In this document: piece after piece, positions 1-10,691 of the stretch | How positions within the stretch are numbered: the stretch's first letter is position 1 | How the letters are laid out: each line of letters begins with the position of its first letter | DNA from: an uncultured Methyloceanibacter sp. | GTDB lineage: Bacteria > Pseudomonadota > Alphaproteobacteria > Rhizobiales > Methyloligellaceae | Length of the DNA: 64,000 nucleotides | Direction of reading: 5' to 3' | Assembly: GCA_964523345.1 (NCBI GenBank) | Contig: CAZFYL010000002.1 | Location: forward strand, 5,373 to 69,372 | The notes under the pieces: model-generated | Told to the model about the DNA's origin: nothing | Databases searched by the model: none | Seen by the model: the letters and a program-made list of their open reading frames with translations, nothing else | Translations under genes and position numbers: made by a program

Positions 1-434
1 TCGCTGCCGATGCCGCCGACCTGCTGAAGCGACCCGAGCTGACGCTGGTAGAGGCCGTTCACCACCCGACAAACGTCCATGCCCTTTTCGGTCAGCCGGA
101 CCCGCACGGATCTGCGATCGACCGTCGAACGCTGATGGTCGATGTAACCGGCATCGACAAGTTTCTTCAGATTATACGAGACGTTCGAGCCGAGATAATA
201 ACCGCGGGTCGTCAGTTCGCCTGCGGTCAACTCGGCATCGCCGATGCTGTAAAGCAGCAGAGCCTGCACGCTGTTGACTTCGGAGCGGCCCAGGCGCTCG
301 AACTCATCTTTCACCACATCAAGCAGCAGCCGGTGAAGCCGCTCGATGAGTTTCAAGGAAACAAGATAGCGGCCTTTGAGGTCCTCCCCCTCATCGACAC
401 GCCCGCGCATCCCCGTATGCAGGGCTACACTCAT
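1..434 (-). CDS. MarR/winged-helix family transcriptional regulator (partial; C-terminus lies beyond the window start)
   Basis: Absent from the ORF track because it has no in-window stop. My minus-strand translation from the ATG at 434..432: MSVALHTGMRGRVDEGEDLKGRYLVSLKLIERLHRLLLDVVKDEFERLGRSEVNSVQALLLYSIGDAELTAGELTTRGYYLGSNVSYNLKKLVDAGYIDHQRSTVDRRSVRVRLTEKG... The TAGEL / NVSYNLKKLVDAGYI / DRRSVRVRLTEKG pattern is a MarR-type wHTH plus wing. Confidence 0.7.
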   Translation of the reverse strand, partial: MSVALHTGMRGRVDEGEDLKGRYLVSLKLIERLHRLLLDVVKDEFERLGRSEVNSVQALLLYSIGDAELTAGELTTRGYYLGSNVSYNLKKLVDAGYIDHQRSTVDRRSVRVRLTEKGMDVCRVVNGLYQRQLGSLQQVGGIGS

Positions 435-581
435 CGCCTACCCCCATAGTTTTTTGTTTGACCCCCAACTTGGCGACGATGGTAGCGTTACCCGGCTAAA
501 AACTGCTTAAGCGGCACGCTTAAAAATGCGTGAAACGCCTTTTCCGGCTTTTGTTGTTTTGCTTCGGGCCAAGCAAAGTTC

Positions 582-1715
582 TCACGGATCCGGTGTAAGC
601 GTCTCAAGCATGAGTTCATCCTCCACCGGCGTTGCAAACATACGCTCAATCGCCTCGTCGTCGACGGAGTCTAACGTGGCCGGCTGCCAATTGGGTGTGC
701 GGTCCTTGCCCGCGACTTTCGCAGCGATGCCTTCGCGATAATCGTGGCCGCCGACGAGATGAGAGGCCAGGCGGAATTCGAGTTTGAGGGCGGCAGCAAG
801 GTCCAACGACTTGCCCCGCTTGTATTGTTCGAACGCAATCTTGAGCGAGGTTGGAGACTTCTCGCGTATCGCCGCGGCGGTCTCTTGCGCAAAGGATTCG
901 TCCTCGCCACGCTCCTCATCGAGCCTTTCGAGAATCGACTCCACTGACGGTGCGGCGAAGGCGCGGTCGATCAGGGGCGTGTATCTGACCAGCTCGCCTT
1001 CGCCTGGATCGCGATGAAGGCCATCGAGCAGACGATCAATCGGATGATTGTCGCTCAAGGCGTCCTTGATCACATCGAAATGCGCCGCCGGGATGGTGTG
1101 ACTGACGAGGCGGTGACGATAGGCTTCAGCCGGTCCGATCAGGCGTCCGGTCAAAGCAAGATAGAGACCGGTGTGCCCAAGCATACGGGGAAGAAAATAA
1201 GTCCCGCCAATATCCGGCAGGAACCCGATGCCGACTTGCGGCATGCCGAATCGGTATTTTTCGCCTGCCACGCGATGCGTGCCGTAAAGACTGATGCCAA
1301 TGCCGCCGCCAAGCGCGAGGCCGTTAATCAACGGCACGTTCGGCCTGATGAATTTCTCAAGCACCCAGACATGGCTGTAAGCGGCGCGGTAGAACGCCCG
1401 AAGCGCTTCCCGGGCGTCTTGCTGGTTCCACTCATGCAAGATCTTGATATCGCCCCCGCTTGAGAACACCGAAGGGTGCGAGGATTGCATGACCACGCCG
1501 TAGATATGCGCTGCCGGGGCCCAGGCGCGATATTGTGCGCTCAAAGCCTCGAACATTTCCCGTGTCAAAGCGTTGAGTCGAGCGGGGCGATCGAGCGTGA
1601 CCACCCCGGCGCGGTCGATCTCCTCGAAGCTGATGCCCAACGCCTCGGACAAAGTGCGGTGCCTCCGGCTTAAATCCGGTGTAATGACGCCTCGCGGCGG
1701 CGCCTTAGGCGCCAC
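582..1715 (-). CDS. Enoyl-CoA hydratase/isomerase family protein, 3-hydroxyisobutyryl-CoA hydrolase-like
   Basis: 377 aa. Crotonase-fold motifs: VVTLDRPARLNAL, FSSGGDIK, GLALGGGIGISLYGTHRVAGEKYRFGMPQVGIGFLPDIGGTYFLPRM. The long C-terminal extension is typical of HIBYL-CoA hydrolases. Confidence 0.8.
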   Translation of the reverse strand: MAPKAPPRGVITPDLSRRHRTLSEALGISFEEIDRAGVVTLDRPARLNALTREMFEALSAQYRAWAPAAHIYGVVMQSSHPSVFSSGGDIKILHEWNQQDAREALRAFYRAAYSHVWVLEKFIRPNVPLINGLALGGGIGISLYGTHRVAGEKYRFGMPQVGIGFLPDIGGTYFLPRMLGHTGLYLALTGRLIGPAEAYRHRLVSHTIPAAHFDVIKDALSDNHPIDRLLDGLHRDPGEGELVRYTPLIDRAFAAPSVESILERLDEERGEDESFAQETAAAIREKSPTSLKIAFEQYKRGKSLDLAAALKLEFRLASHLVGGHDYREGIAAKVAGKDRTPNWQPATLDSVDDEAIERMFATPVEDELMLETLTPDP

Positions 1716-1793
1716 AACTAAGGCCCGGGGCAGCTAACACTCAATCCTCAAAACCTCAAGCGTCGCGAAACCAAGGACCATCGGTCGCCGGAC

Positions 1794-2675
1794 ATGCCCA
1801 ATAGGAAAATTGCTTGGCTTGGCCTTGCCCTGCTGGTGGCGCTTGCCGCCGACGCCAAAGCGGAAACGGCGGAGCTTCCGCCTTTGCCGGAGCGCAATCC
1901 GCTGAGGGCGACGGCCGGGACCGAGCCTCCGTCGACATTGCCAGGGGATCAACCGACCGTGGCTTGGACCGAGGCGGAGATTGCCGCCGCCACGGCGAAG
2001 TGCAAGACCCTGCTCTCAGGAGATTCGCTCGATTACCAACTCCTGCCGCCGATCAGGGAAGGCATATGCGGGACCCCGGCGCCGGTCTTACTGCGCGCGG
2101 TCGGCGACGATCCGAAAGTGCAAATCGAGCCGCCGGCAACGCTCAACTGTCAGATGGCCGACGTTTTCGGGGAATGGTTGCGGGATACCGTCCAGCCGGA
2201 AGCGAAAGCGCTGTTCGGAAGCGCCGTGGTGAAGATTCGCAATGCCACATCCTATTCTTGCCGCAACCGTTATGGCGGCGCGAACACGCGGATCAGCGAG
2301 CACGCGCTCGTCAATGCGCTCGACGTATCGGAATTCACTCTCGCCGACGGGAACCGCATCACCGTGCTTGAGCATTGGCCGCGGGCCGCGGCCCCACCGC
2401 CGCCTCCGCCTGAGCCCAACCCGGCGCGCCTTAAGAGCGATCGCAAACCGGGTGTTGTCACACCGGTGAAGGCGGAACCGGGCGCCCTGCCAAAACCGCC
2501 GCCGGTTGCGGCAGAACCTCCGGCGCCCGACCCTAAAAACCAGTTCACCACTTTCTTGTTTGAGCAGGCGTGCAAGCGGTTCGGGACGGTGCTCGGTCCG
2601 AACGCCAATGCCGCTCACAAGAATCATTTCCACTTCGACATGAAGCCACGGCGCAGAGCCAATTACTGCGAATGA
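1794..2675 (+). CDS. Extensin-like C-terminal domain protein (secreted, Pro-rich linker)
   Basis: 293 aa. Signal peptide (LGLALLVALAADAKA), Pro-rich insert (AAAPPPPPPEPNP...), Cys-containing core and C-terminal HKNHFHFDM, as in Rhizobiales 'extensin family' proteins. Confidence 0.7.
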   Translation: MPNRKIAWLGLALLVALAADAKAETAELPPLPERNPLRATAGTEPPSTLPGDQPTVAWTEAEIAAATAKCKTLLSGDSLDYQLLPPIREGICGTPAPVLLRAVGDDPKVQIEPPATLNCQMADVFGEWLRDTVQPEAKALFGSAVVKIRNATSYSCRNRYGGANTRISEHALVNALDVSEFTLADGNRITVLEHWPRAAAPPPPPPEPNPARLKSDRKPGVVTPVKAEPGALPKPPPVAAEPPAPDPKNQFTTFLFEQACKRFGTVLGPNANAAHKNHFHFDMKPRRRANYCE

Positions 2676-2775
2676 GTTTTGGCCGAAAACCATATCCGCC
2701 GAGAGGCATTGGCAGTCACGCCGCTCAAATGGTAGTTTGCTGAAATCTTGATCGGCGAATGGCAGTAATGCGTAG

Positions 2776-3843
<1,068 letters not shown>

Positions 3844-3845
3844 GT

Positions 3846-4478
3846 CTAGTTCGTGACCTTCACGGTCTTGAACACCACAGTCGCCTCTTTCTCCTTGTCG
3901 AAATTGTCGCCCGACAGTCCGAACCGCCAATCGCCTTTCGGCGCCTGACCGCGCAAGTCGCGCACCTTGGTGCCGTTGATGAAGAACGACACGTTGTTGC
4001 CGTCGGTCTTGACGCGCAGCATGTTGCTGGCCCCCGGCTCCTGGTTGATCGCCGCGGAATCGACATTGGCTGCGATCGTGCCGAGCCACTTGCCGTCTTG
4101 TTTGCGCGCAATCCAGAACTTGCCGTTATTGAGAATGCCGAATTGGAAATAGGTCCGGTTGTCCTCACCCCAAAACAGGAGGCCCGCACCCAGCATCGTC
4201 TCTTCGCCAACGGGCCAAACCACCTCCGAGCAAATGTCGGCGTCTTTGACGGTGAAGGTGACGTTCAGGTTCGACTGCATATCGTCGGGAGGAAGGTTGA
4301 TGACGAAGGCCCCGTCCTTCACCTCGACGGTGTCGCGCAACGGCCAGCCGCCGGCGTCATCGGCGAACTTGTCCTCGAAGATGACCTTTTCGCCTTCACA
4401 GGCTGCCGCTGCCACCTGCCAGGCGGGATTGGCGGCGAAAAAGACGGCAAGTCCGGCCGACAGCAAAAATTTCCGCAT
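3846..4478 (-). CDS. Hypothetical exported protein (beta-rich, possibly lectin/glucanase-like fold)
   Basis: 210 aa. N-terminal signal peptide MRKFLLSAGLAVFFAANPAWQVAAA. No catalytic motif recognised. Convergent with hemB at a 2-bp spacing. Confidence 0.6.
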   Translation of the reverse strand: MRKFLLSAGLAVFFAANPAWQVAAAACEGEKVIFEDKFADDAGGWPLRDTVEVKDGAFVINLPPDDMQSNLNVTFTVKDADICSEVVWPVGEETMLGAGLLFWGEDNRTYFQFGILNNGKFWIARKQDGKWLGTIAANVDSAAINQEPGASNMLRVKTDGNNVSFFINGTKVRDLRGQAPKGDWRFGLSGDNFDKEKEATVVFKTVKVTN

Positions 4479-4636
4479 GGATTAAGTCCTCGTTGGCTTG
4501 ACCTCGCAGCCCACCGGGCGAGATTGTTAGCGCCTCGGCTTGGCCTCGGCAACCCGGGGCTTGCTTGTTTGCGGGGGCGCTCATCACCATCTTTGGCCTG
4601 CGAGCAACCCTTGTAACCCTCGACCGGAGAAGATGA

Positions 4637-5128
4637 ATGACCGACCAGCATCAGCCTCCAGCGCAAAGCTCGAGCTTCGCTGATCAGCCCCATGCCTACG
4701 ATCCGGTGAAGCAGCCCCAGCTGTTCGACGGCGTGATCGGCAAACGGTCGTTCGCATTTGTGGTCGACGCGATCATCATCGCCCTGTTGACGCTGATCGC
4801 CTATGTGGTGGTGGCCGTGCTGGGCATCATCACCCTCGGACTGGCTTGGCTCCTGTTCGGCCTCGTCTTTCCCTTCGTCGGCCTCGGCTATAACGCGGTC
4901 ACCATAGGGGGCAAGAATTCGGCCACTGTCGGGCAGAGGCTTATGGGGCTTGAGGCACGCATGTGGTTTGGCGGGAAAGTGACGCCGCTGATCGCAGCCT
5001 TCCACGCGCTCCTGTTCTGGTTCTCGCTAGTAATATTCTGTCCCATTCTCCTATGGGCCTTCTTTGACCAGCGAAAACGCTGCCTGCATGACATTCTTGC
5101 CGGCATGGTGTTCATCAACCGCCCCTAG
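4637..5128 (+). CDS. RDD family membrane protein
   Basis: 163 aa, three hydrophobic segments. KRSFAFVVDAIIIALLTL and a C-terminal RKRCLHDILAG match the RDD-family layout. Confidence 0.6.
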   Translation: MTDQHQPPAQSSSFADQPHAYDPVKQPQLFDGVIGKRSFAFVVDAIIIALLTLIAYVVVAVLGIITLGLAWLLFGLVFPFVGLGYNAVTIGGKNSATVGQRLMGLEARMWFGGKVTPLIAAFHALLFWFSLVIFCPILLWAFFDQRKRCLHDILAGMVFINRP

Positions 5129-5227
5129 GATCCGGCGCTTTTGAGCCCGCGTACCGGATTGCGCTTGCCGCCTCCGATCCACTAAGCTTGGCGGACAGGT
5201 TCGGATTCGTATCCGGGTGACAGAACC

Positions 5228-5965
5228 GTGACAGAGCACAAGAACAACTTTCCCGAGTTCTACATCACCGCGCCGCAGCCCTGCCCCTATCTTCCCGGCC
5301 GGCTCGAGCGGAAGCTGTTCACCCACCTGACCCGCGACAAGCCGCGGTTCCTTGTGGACAATCTGCTCAAGGGCGGATTCCGGCGCAGCCAGAACATCGC
5401 CTATATGCCCTATTGCGACGCCTGCTCGGCCTGCGTGCCGGTCCGCATTCTGGCGAATGATTTCGTGGTTCGGCGCTCGCTCCGGCGCATCGCCCGTATC
5501 AATTCCGATCTGGTCGCGACCCGCATGCAGCCGGCGCCAAGCTCGGAACAGTACGCGCTGTTCCGCGACTATATCGACGCGCGTCACGCCGATGGCGGCA
5601 TGGCTGAGATGTCGGTGCTCGACTATTCGCTCATGGTCGAGGACAGCGTGGTCGAGACCTTCGTCACCGAGTACCGCCTGAGAGAGGATGCGAGCGGCGG
5701 CGGTAAGTCGCCTTTGCTCGGCGTGTCGCTGTGTGATCGCCTAAGCGACGGGATCTCGATGGTCTACAGCTTCTACGATCCGAGCCAGCCGCAGCGCAGC
5801 CTCGGCACCTACATGATCCTCGATCATGTTTCCTATGCCCGCGCGCATGGGCATCCCTTCGTCTATCTCGGCTACTGGATCGAGGGATCGCGCAAGATGC
5901 GCTACAAGAACCGCTTCGAGCCGCAGGAGCATCTCACAGCGAAAGGCTGGGTGCGGACCGAGTAG
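5228..5965 (+). CDS. bpt: Arginyltransferase / aspartate-glutamate leucyltransferase (N-end rule)
   Basis: 245 aa, GTG start. FYITAPQPCPYLPGRLERKLFTHL, FRRSQNIAYMPYCDACSACVPVR and YLGYWIEGSRKMRYK are typical of bacterial Bpt/ATE. Confidence 0.85.
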   Translation: MTEHKNNFPEFYITAPQPCPYLPGRLERKLFTHLTRDKPRFLVDNLLKGGFRRSQNIAYMPYCDACSACVPVRILANDFVVRRSLRRIARINSDLVATRMQPAPSSEQYALFRDYIDARHADGGMAEMSVLDYSLMVEDSVVETFVTEYRLREDASGGGKSPLLGVSLCDRLSDGISMVYSFYDPSQPQRSLGTYMILDHVSYARAHGHPFVYLGYWIEGSRKMRYKNRFEPQEHLTAKGWVRTE

Positions 5966-5978
5966 GGATCTTACCGGG

Positions 5979-8228
5979 TTAGAATTTCGGTCCGAACGAA
6001 TTGGACTTGGGGAAGCCTTTAGGCGGCAGCCGTCCGGCCTGGGCCCGCGTGCCCCACCAATCCCGCAACTCCGTGAGCACGAAGGACCGGCCTGCCGCGT
6101 CGATATAGGTCAGGCCCTCTTTCTTGGTGAACACTTTGGCGTCGGCCAAGCCGCCTTGCTTGTAGCGCTGAAGACGCACGCCTTTGCCGCGAGGCATCTC
6201 CGGCAGCTCTTTCAGCGGGAACAGCAGCAGTTTCCGATTCTCGCCGATCACCGCCACGCTGTCACCGTCGACCGGGGCGCAGAGCGCAGCCTTATCGCCT
6301 TTCGGCACGTTAAGTATCTGCTTGCCCTTGCGGGTCATGGCGAGGACCTCGTCCTCGGCGACGACGAAGCCGTGACCGCTCTTTCCGGCCACGAGAAGCT
6401 TGCGGTCCGGCTCATGCACGAACAGCTCGACCGCTTCGGCCGCCTCCTCGATGTCGATCATCAGGCGGAACGGCTCGCCGTGCCCCCTGCCCCCCGGCAA
6501 TTTGTCGGCGCCAAGCGCATAGAAGCGGCCATTGGTGGCGAACAGAAGTAGCGTGTCGGTGGTTTGCGCCTTCACCGCGCGCTTCAGCCGGTCGCCTTCC
6601 TTGAAGGCGAGGCTGTCGGCAGCCGTTTGGTGACCCCTGATCGACCGGATCCAGCCCTTCTCGGACAGGACGATGGTGACCGGCTCTTTCTCGATCATGG
6701 CCTCGGCAAGCTCGATCTCGACCCCTTCGGGAGCCTCGTCGAAACTCGTGCGGCGTTTGCCGAGCGCGGTCTTCTGGCCGAACTGCTCTTTGAGCTCTTT
6801 GATCTCGCCGGCGATGCGTTTCCACTGCTTGTCCTTCGAGGCCAGCAGCGATCTCAGTTCCTTGCGCTCCTTGGTGAGCGCCTCGTGCTCGCGTTTGATC
6901 TCCATCTCTTCGAGCTTGCGCAAAGCGCGCAGCCGCATATTGAGAATGGCTTCGGCCTGGACCTCGGTCAGCTTGAAGGCTTTCATCAGCGCCGGTTTCG
7001 GCTCGTCCTGCTGGCGGATGATTTTGATGACCTTGTCGAGATTGAGATAGACGATGAGGTAGCCGGCGAGGACTTCGAGCCGGTGATCGATTTTCGCGAG
7101 GCGGAATTTCGAACGGCGGACCAGCACGACCTTGCGGTGGTCGAGCCACTCGCGCAAAACCTGTCGAAGCCCGAGAACATTCGGCACCTGCCCCCGGCTC
7201 AGCACATTCATATTGAGGGGAAGCCGCGTCTCGAGCTCGGTCAGCTTGAACAGCGATTCCATCAGCAGGACCGGATCGACGCTGCGGCTTCTGGGCTCGA
7301 GCACGATCCGCACGGTTTCCGCCGACTCGTCGCGGACATCGGCCAAGAGCGGCAGCTTCTTTTGCAGCAGCAGTTCGGCGATGCGCGCGATCAGCCGTGC
7401 CTTCGGGATTTGATAGGGAATCTCGGTGACTACGATCTGATAGGTGCCGCGCCCGGTGTCCTCGGTGGCCCAGCGCGCGCGTAGCTGGAAACTGCCCCGT
7501 CCGGTTTTGTAAGCTTTGACGATCTCAGAACGCGGCTCGACGATCACGCCGCCGGTCGGCAGATCGGGGCCGGGAACGAAATTGACCAGCTTATCGGCCG
7601 TGGCATTGGGGAATTTGATGAGATGCAGCGCCGCATCGCAGAGCTCTCCGGCATTATGCGGCGGGATATTCGTCGCCATGCCGACGGCAATCCCCGAAGC
7701 GCCATTGGCGAGCAGGTTGGGAAAGGCGGCCGGCAGCACCGCCGGTTCCTGCTCGCGGCCGTCGTAATTGGCGCGGAAATCGACGGTGTCTTCATCGATC
7801 CCGTCAAGCAGACGCGCGGCGATCGCCGTTAGCCGCGCTTCGGTGTAGCGGTCGGCAGCCGGGTTATCGCCGTCGATATTGCCGAAATTGCCCTGGCCGT
7901 CGATCAGCGGATAGCGAACGGAGAAGTCCTGAGCCAGCCGGGCCAGGGCGTCGTAAATCGCTTGATTGCCGTGGGGATGGAAGTTGCCCATGGTGTCGCC
8001 GACGATCTTGGCGCATTTGCGGAACTCGCCCTGCGGGCCGAGCCGGAGCTGCTGCATGGCGTAGAGCAGCCGCCGATGGACCGGTTTGAGCCCGTCGCGC
8101 ACGTCGGGAAGGGCCCGGTGCATGATGGTGGAGAGCGCATAGGCAAGATAGCGTTCCTCCAGCGCCTCGCGCAGCTTGACCGGCTCGACCGGCCCCGAAT
8201 CAGTTGGCGGTGTGACGCGTCGTCCCAT
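5979..8228 (-). CDS. parC: DNA topoisomerase IV subunit A
   Basis: 749 aa. [66 protein letters not shown] and active-site [10 protein letters not shown]. Length and lack of a GyrA box fit ParC. Confidence 0.93.
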   Translation of the reverse strand: MGRRVTPPTDSGPVEPVKLREALEERYLAYALSTIMHRALPDVRDGLKPVHRRLLYAMQQLRLGPQGEFRKCAKIVGDTMGNFHPHGNQAIYDALARLAQDFSVRYPLIDGQGNFGNIDGDNPAADRYTEARLTAIAARLLDGIDEDTVDFRANYDGREQEPAVLPAAFPNLLANGASGIAVGMATNIPPHNAGELCDAALHLIKFPNATADKLVNFVPGPDLPTGGVIVEPRSEIVKAYKTGRGSFQLRARWATEDTGRGTYQIVVTEIPYQIPKARLIARIAELLLQKKLPLLADVRDESAETVRIVLEPRSRSVDPVLLMESLFKLTELETRLPLNMNVLSRGQVPNVLGLRQVLREWLDHRKVVLVRRSKFRLAKIDHRLEVLAGYLIVYLNLDKVIKIIRQQDEPKPALMKAFKLTEVQAEAILNMRLRALRKLEEMEIKREHEALTKERKELRSLLASKDKQWKRIAGEIKELKEQFGQKTALGKRRTSFDEAPEGVEIELAEAMIEKEPVTIVLSEKGWIRSIRGHQTAADSLAFKEGDRLKRAVKAQTTDTLLLFATNGRFYALGADKLPGGRGHGEPFRLMIDIEEAAEAVELFVHEPDRKLLVAGKSGHGFVVAEDEVLAMTRKGKQILNVPKGDKAALCAPVDGDSVAVIGENRKLLLFPLKELPEMPRGKGVRLQRYKQGGLADAKVFTKKEGLTYIDAAGRSFVLTELRDWWGTRAQAGRLPPKGFPKSNSFGPKF

Positions 8229-8355
8229 GGATCGCGCTTAGCGCATCGGCCGATTCCGCTCAAGTCCCAGCGCCTCCGTGCAACCAGTCGAGCGTTGCGG
8301 AAGGCCTCATATCCGCTATAAGCGGGGTCCCATTCTCTGTGTTCCCTGCCCCATC

Positions 8356-10188
8356 GTGTCCAAGCGTCATACCTACATTCTCGGCATCAACGCCTACGAC
8401 CACGACGTCAGCGCCTGTCTCCTGCGCGACGGCGAAATCGCCTTTGCCATCTCCAAGGAGCGGATCAACCGGCAAAAGCACTCGCCCGGATTCTACCAAA
8501 GCGTAGTCGACTATTGCCTGCGCGCCGAGGGTATCACTCTCGACGACGTCGATCTCGTGGTGCGCAATTCCTACCTCCTTACGGTCGGCGAATTGGAAAA
8601 GCGCCTGACCTACCAGGACGTGCCCGAAGTCTTGCCGCCTCGGGAGCGGGACCTGGCCGCCACCAGCCCCCTTTACCGCTCGCGCTCCAACAAGGTCGTC
8701 GACGTCTCCCACCACGTCGCTCACGCCTACAGCGCCTTCGCCGTCTGCCCTTTCGACGAGGGTGCGTTGATGGTGGTCGACGGCGTCGGCAGTCACGCTT
8801 CGGATGTCACCGAGGACGGTCATCGGATCGACAATCTTTCCCCGCTGGCGCGCGAGTCCGAGAGCTATTACCGGTTTGAGGGCTCAACCCTCGAGCCTAT
8901 AAAAAAAGTGTGGCTCGAACCGACCACGGGATTTCTCGCCGATGAGTTCTTCAACATGGACGGTCTCGGCGCGATGTATAGCCGGGTGTCGAGCTATATC
9001 TTCGGCGACTGGAACAAATGCGGCGAGGTGATGGGTCTTGCTCCTTACGGAGGCCCAGGCGAGATCAAGCCGCTCATCGAACTCAAGAACGGCGCGCTCG
9101 ACATGCCCGAGTGGACCGAGGCGTTCAACCAGCCCTACCTGCCCGATAAAGAAGGGAAATGGGAGGCCGATCCTGCCTTGCCGCATTGGAAGGACTTAGC
9201 TTGGCGGGTTCAAGAAGACACCGAGCGGGTCCTGGTCGAGCGCGCTATCTGGCTGCGCGAGACGACGGGCGCCAAGAATCTTTGCATCTCAGGCGGCGTG
9301 GGGTTGAACTGCGTTGCCAACGGCAAAATCGTTCGCGAGGCCGGTTACGACAATGTGTGGATCCAACCGGCTGCCGGCGACGACGGCATCGCCATCGGCT
9401 GCGCCTATTACGGCCATCTAGCAGTCCAAAACAAACCGCGCACGTATGTCATGGAGCATGCTTTCCTCGGTGCGCCCTATAGCGAGGCGGAGGTTAAAGC
9501 TGCATCGAACCGATGGTTGGTCCAGAGCAAAAGCTGCCAATCGCCCGAGGACACTATCTTCACCGAAACGGCAAAGGTGCTTGCCGAAGAGAAAGTGATC
9601 GGCTGGTTTCAAGGCGGGTCCGAATTCGGCCCTCGCGCACTCGGCAATCGCAGTATCCTCGCCGACCCGCGCAAGGGGTCGATGAAGGATCTGCTCAACA
9701 GCCGGGTCAAGCATCGCCAAGCCTTCAGGCCGTTCGCGCCGATTGTTCTTGCCGAGCGGGCGAGCGAGGTGTTCGAAGGCGATGAAGACTCGCCGTTCAT
9801 GCTCCTTGCCAAGCGCGTGCGCCCGGAATGGCAAGACAAGATTCCCGCCATCGTACATGTCGACGGAACCGCCCGCGTGCAGACCATACGGCAGGAGCAC
9901 AATGAACGGCTCTATATGTTGCTTAAAGAGTTCGAGAAGATCACCGGCATCCCGGTCTTACTGAACACCTCGTTCAATATTCGGGGGGAGCCGATCGTCG
10001 AGACCCCAGCCGATGCCATGAAATGCTTCCTCTCCACCGGCATTGATTATCTGGCTATGCACGACACGCTGATCGAGAAGGCCAGATATTATCGGTTCTT
10101 CTATCCGGTCATCAAATGGGGGTCGGATGTGGCCCTGATGATCAGGATCGGTATTGGCGCTGACCTCGGCCCAGACGGTGAGACGTGA
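8356..10188 (+). CDS. Carbamoyltransferase (NodU/CmcH family)
   Basis: The track ORF starts at 8278. I prefer the GTG at 8356 (VSKRHTYILGINAYDHDVSACL), matching the usual N-terminus ILGI..HD.SA. Also VDVSHHVAHAYSAF, CISGGVGLNCVANG, GPRALGNRSILADPR, VHVDGTARVQT and LLNTSFN. The start is uncertain. Confidence 0.88.
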   Translation: MSKRHTYILGINAYDHDVSACLLRDGEIAFAISKERINRQKHSPGFYQSVVDYCLRAEGITLDDVDLVVRNSYLLTVGELEKRLTYQDVPEVLPPRERDLAATSPLYRSRSNKVVDVSHHVAHAYSAFAVCPFDEGALMVVDGVGSHASDVTEDGHRIDNLSPLARESESYYRFEGSTLEPIKKVWLEPTTGFLADEFFNMDGLGAMYSRVSSYIFGDWNKCGEVMGLAPYGGPGEIKPLIELKNGALDMPEWTEAFNQPYLPDKEGKWEADPALPHWKDLAWRVQEDTERVLVERAIWLRETTGAKNLCISGGVGLNCVANGKIVREAGYDNVWIQPAAGDDGIAIGCAYYGHLAVQNKPRTYVMEHAFLGAPYSEAEVKAASNRWLVQSKSCQSPEDTIFTETAKVLAEEKVIGWFQGGSEFGPRALGNRSILADPRKGSMKDLLNSRVKHRQAFRPFAPIVLAERASEVFEGDEDSPFMLLAKRVRPEWQDKIPAIVHVDGTARVQTIRQEHNERLYMLLKEFEKITGIPVLLNTSFNIRGEPIVETPADAMKCFLSTGIDYLAMHDTLIEKARYYRFFYPVIKWGSDVALMIRIGIGADLGPDGET

Positions 10189-10300
10189 GCGGCCAATGCC
10201 GCTAAACGCCCTGAATTCACAACTTTTGTTACCCTTGGCAAAATCGGACGACGCGGCTATCCTGGTCAGACGCTTGGGAGACATTCTCTTCGAGGCGCAA

Positions 10301-10630
10301 ATGCGGGAGAAGAAAGGACGGGTGAGCAGAATGGGAAATAGCCCATTGCCCTCCAACGCAGGCAGCAAATCGAGGACGCCACGTAAGTTGCTGGCTCAAG
10401 CCGTAGCAGCGGTGGCAATTGCCTTGTTTTGGTGCATCAGCGCGGTTGGAACGACCGTTGGAACCGCCGTTGGCGTGACCAGTTTAGCCACGGCCGTGAA
10501 TGTCGCGGCAAGTACGCCCGCGGAGGCGGGTCGCCGCGGGCGACGCCGTCGTGGTCGCCGTGGCCGTCGCCGTCGTCGCCGCCGTCGTTGGCGGAATGGC
10601 GCCTGGCGGTGGTACTGGGGCTGGTGGTAG
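10301..10630 (+). CDS. Hypothetical small membrane protein with a poly-Arg/Trp C-terminal tail (coding status uncertain)
   Basis: Same frame as track ORF 10154..10630. The ATG at 10301 has GAGG 5 nt upstream; alternative ATGs lie at 10196 and 10331. Hydrophobic core LLAQAVAAVAIALFWCISAVGTTVGTAVGV, then GRRGRRRRGRRGRRRRRRRRWRNGAWRWYWGWW. A terminator-like hairpin follows. The Arg tract is a (CGN)n repeat open in several frames. Confidence 0.35.
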   Translation: MREKKGRVSRMGNSPLPSNAGSKSRTPRKLLAQAVAAVAIALFWCISAVGTTVGTAVGVTSLATAVNVAASTPAEAGRRGRRRRGRRGRRRRRRRRWRNGAWRWYWGWW

Positions 10631-10659
10631 AACCAACTCCGAAGTTCAAAGAATTTGGC

Positions 10660-10691
10660 GGGCCGGTCAAAAGATCGGCCCGTTTCTCTTT
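10660..10691 (+). terminator. Rho-independent terminator-like hairpin between convergent genes
   Basis: GGGCCG (10660-65), a 10-nt loop, CGGCCC (10676-81), then GTTTCTCTTT. On the minus strand the same hairpin is followed by GCCAAATTCTTT, so it may also serve recO (stop at 10723). Confidence 0.5.

Noticed and set aside
135-449. 104-aa plus-strand ORF at the window start
   Set aside because: It is the antisense shadow of a much more protein-like MarR-type wHTH gene on the minus strand (1..434). Its translation has no recognisable motif.
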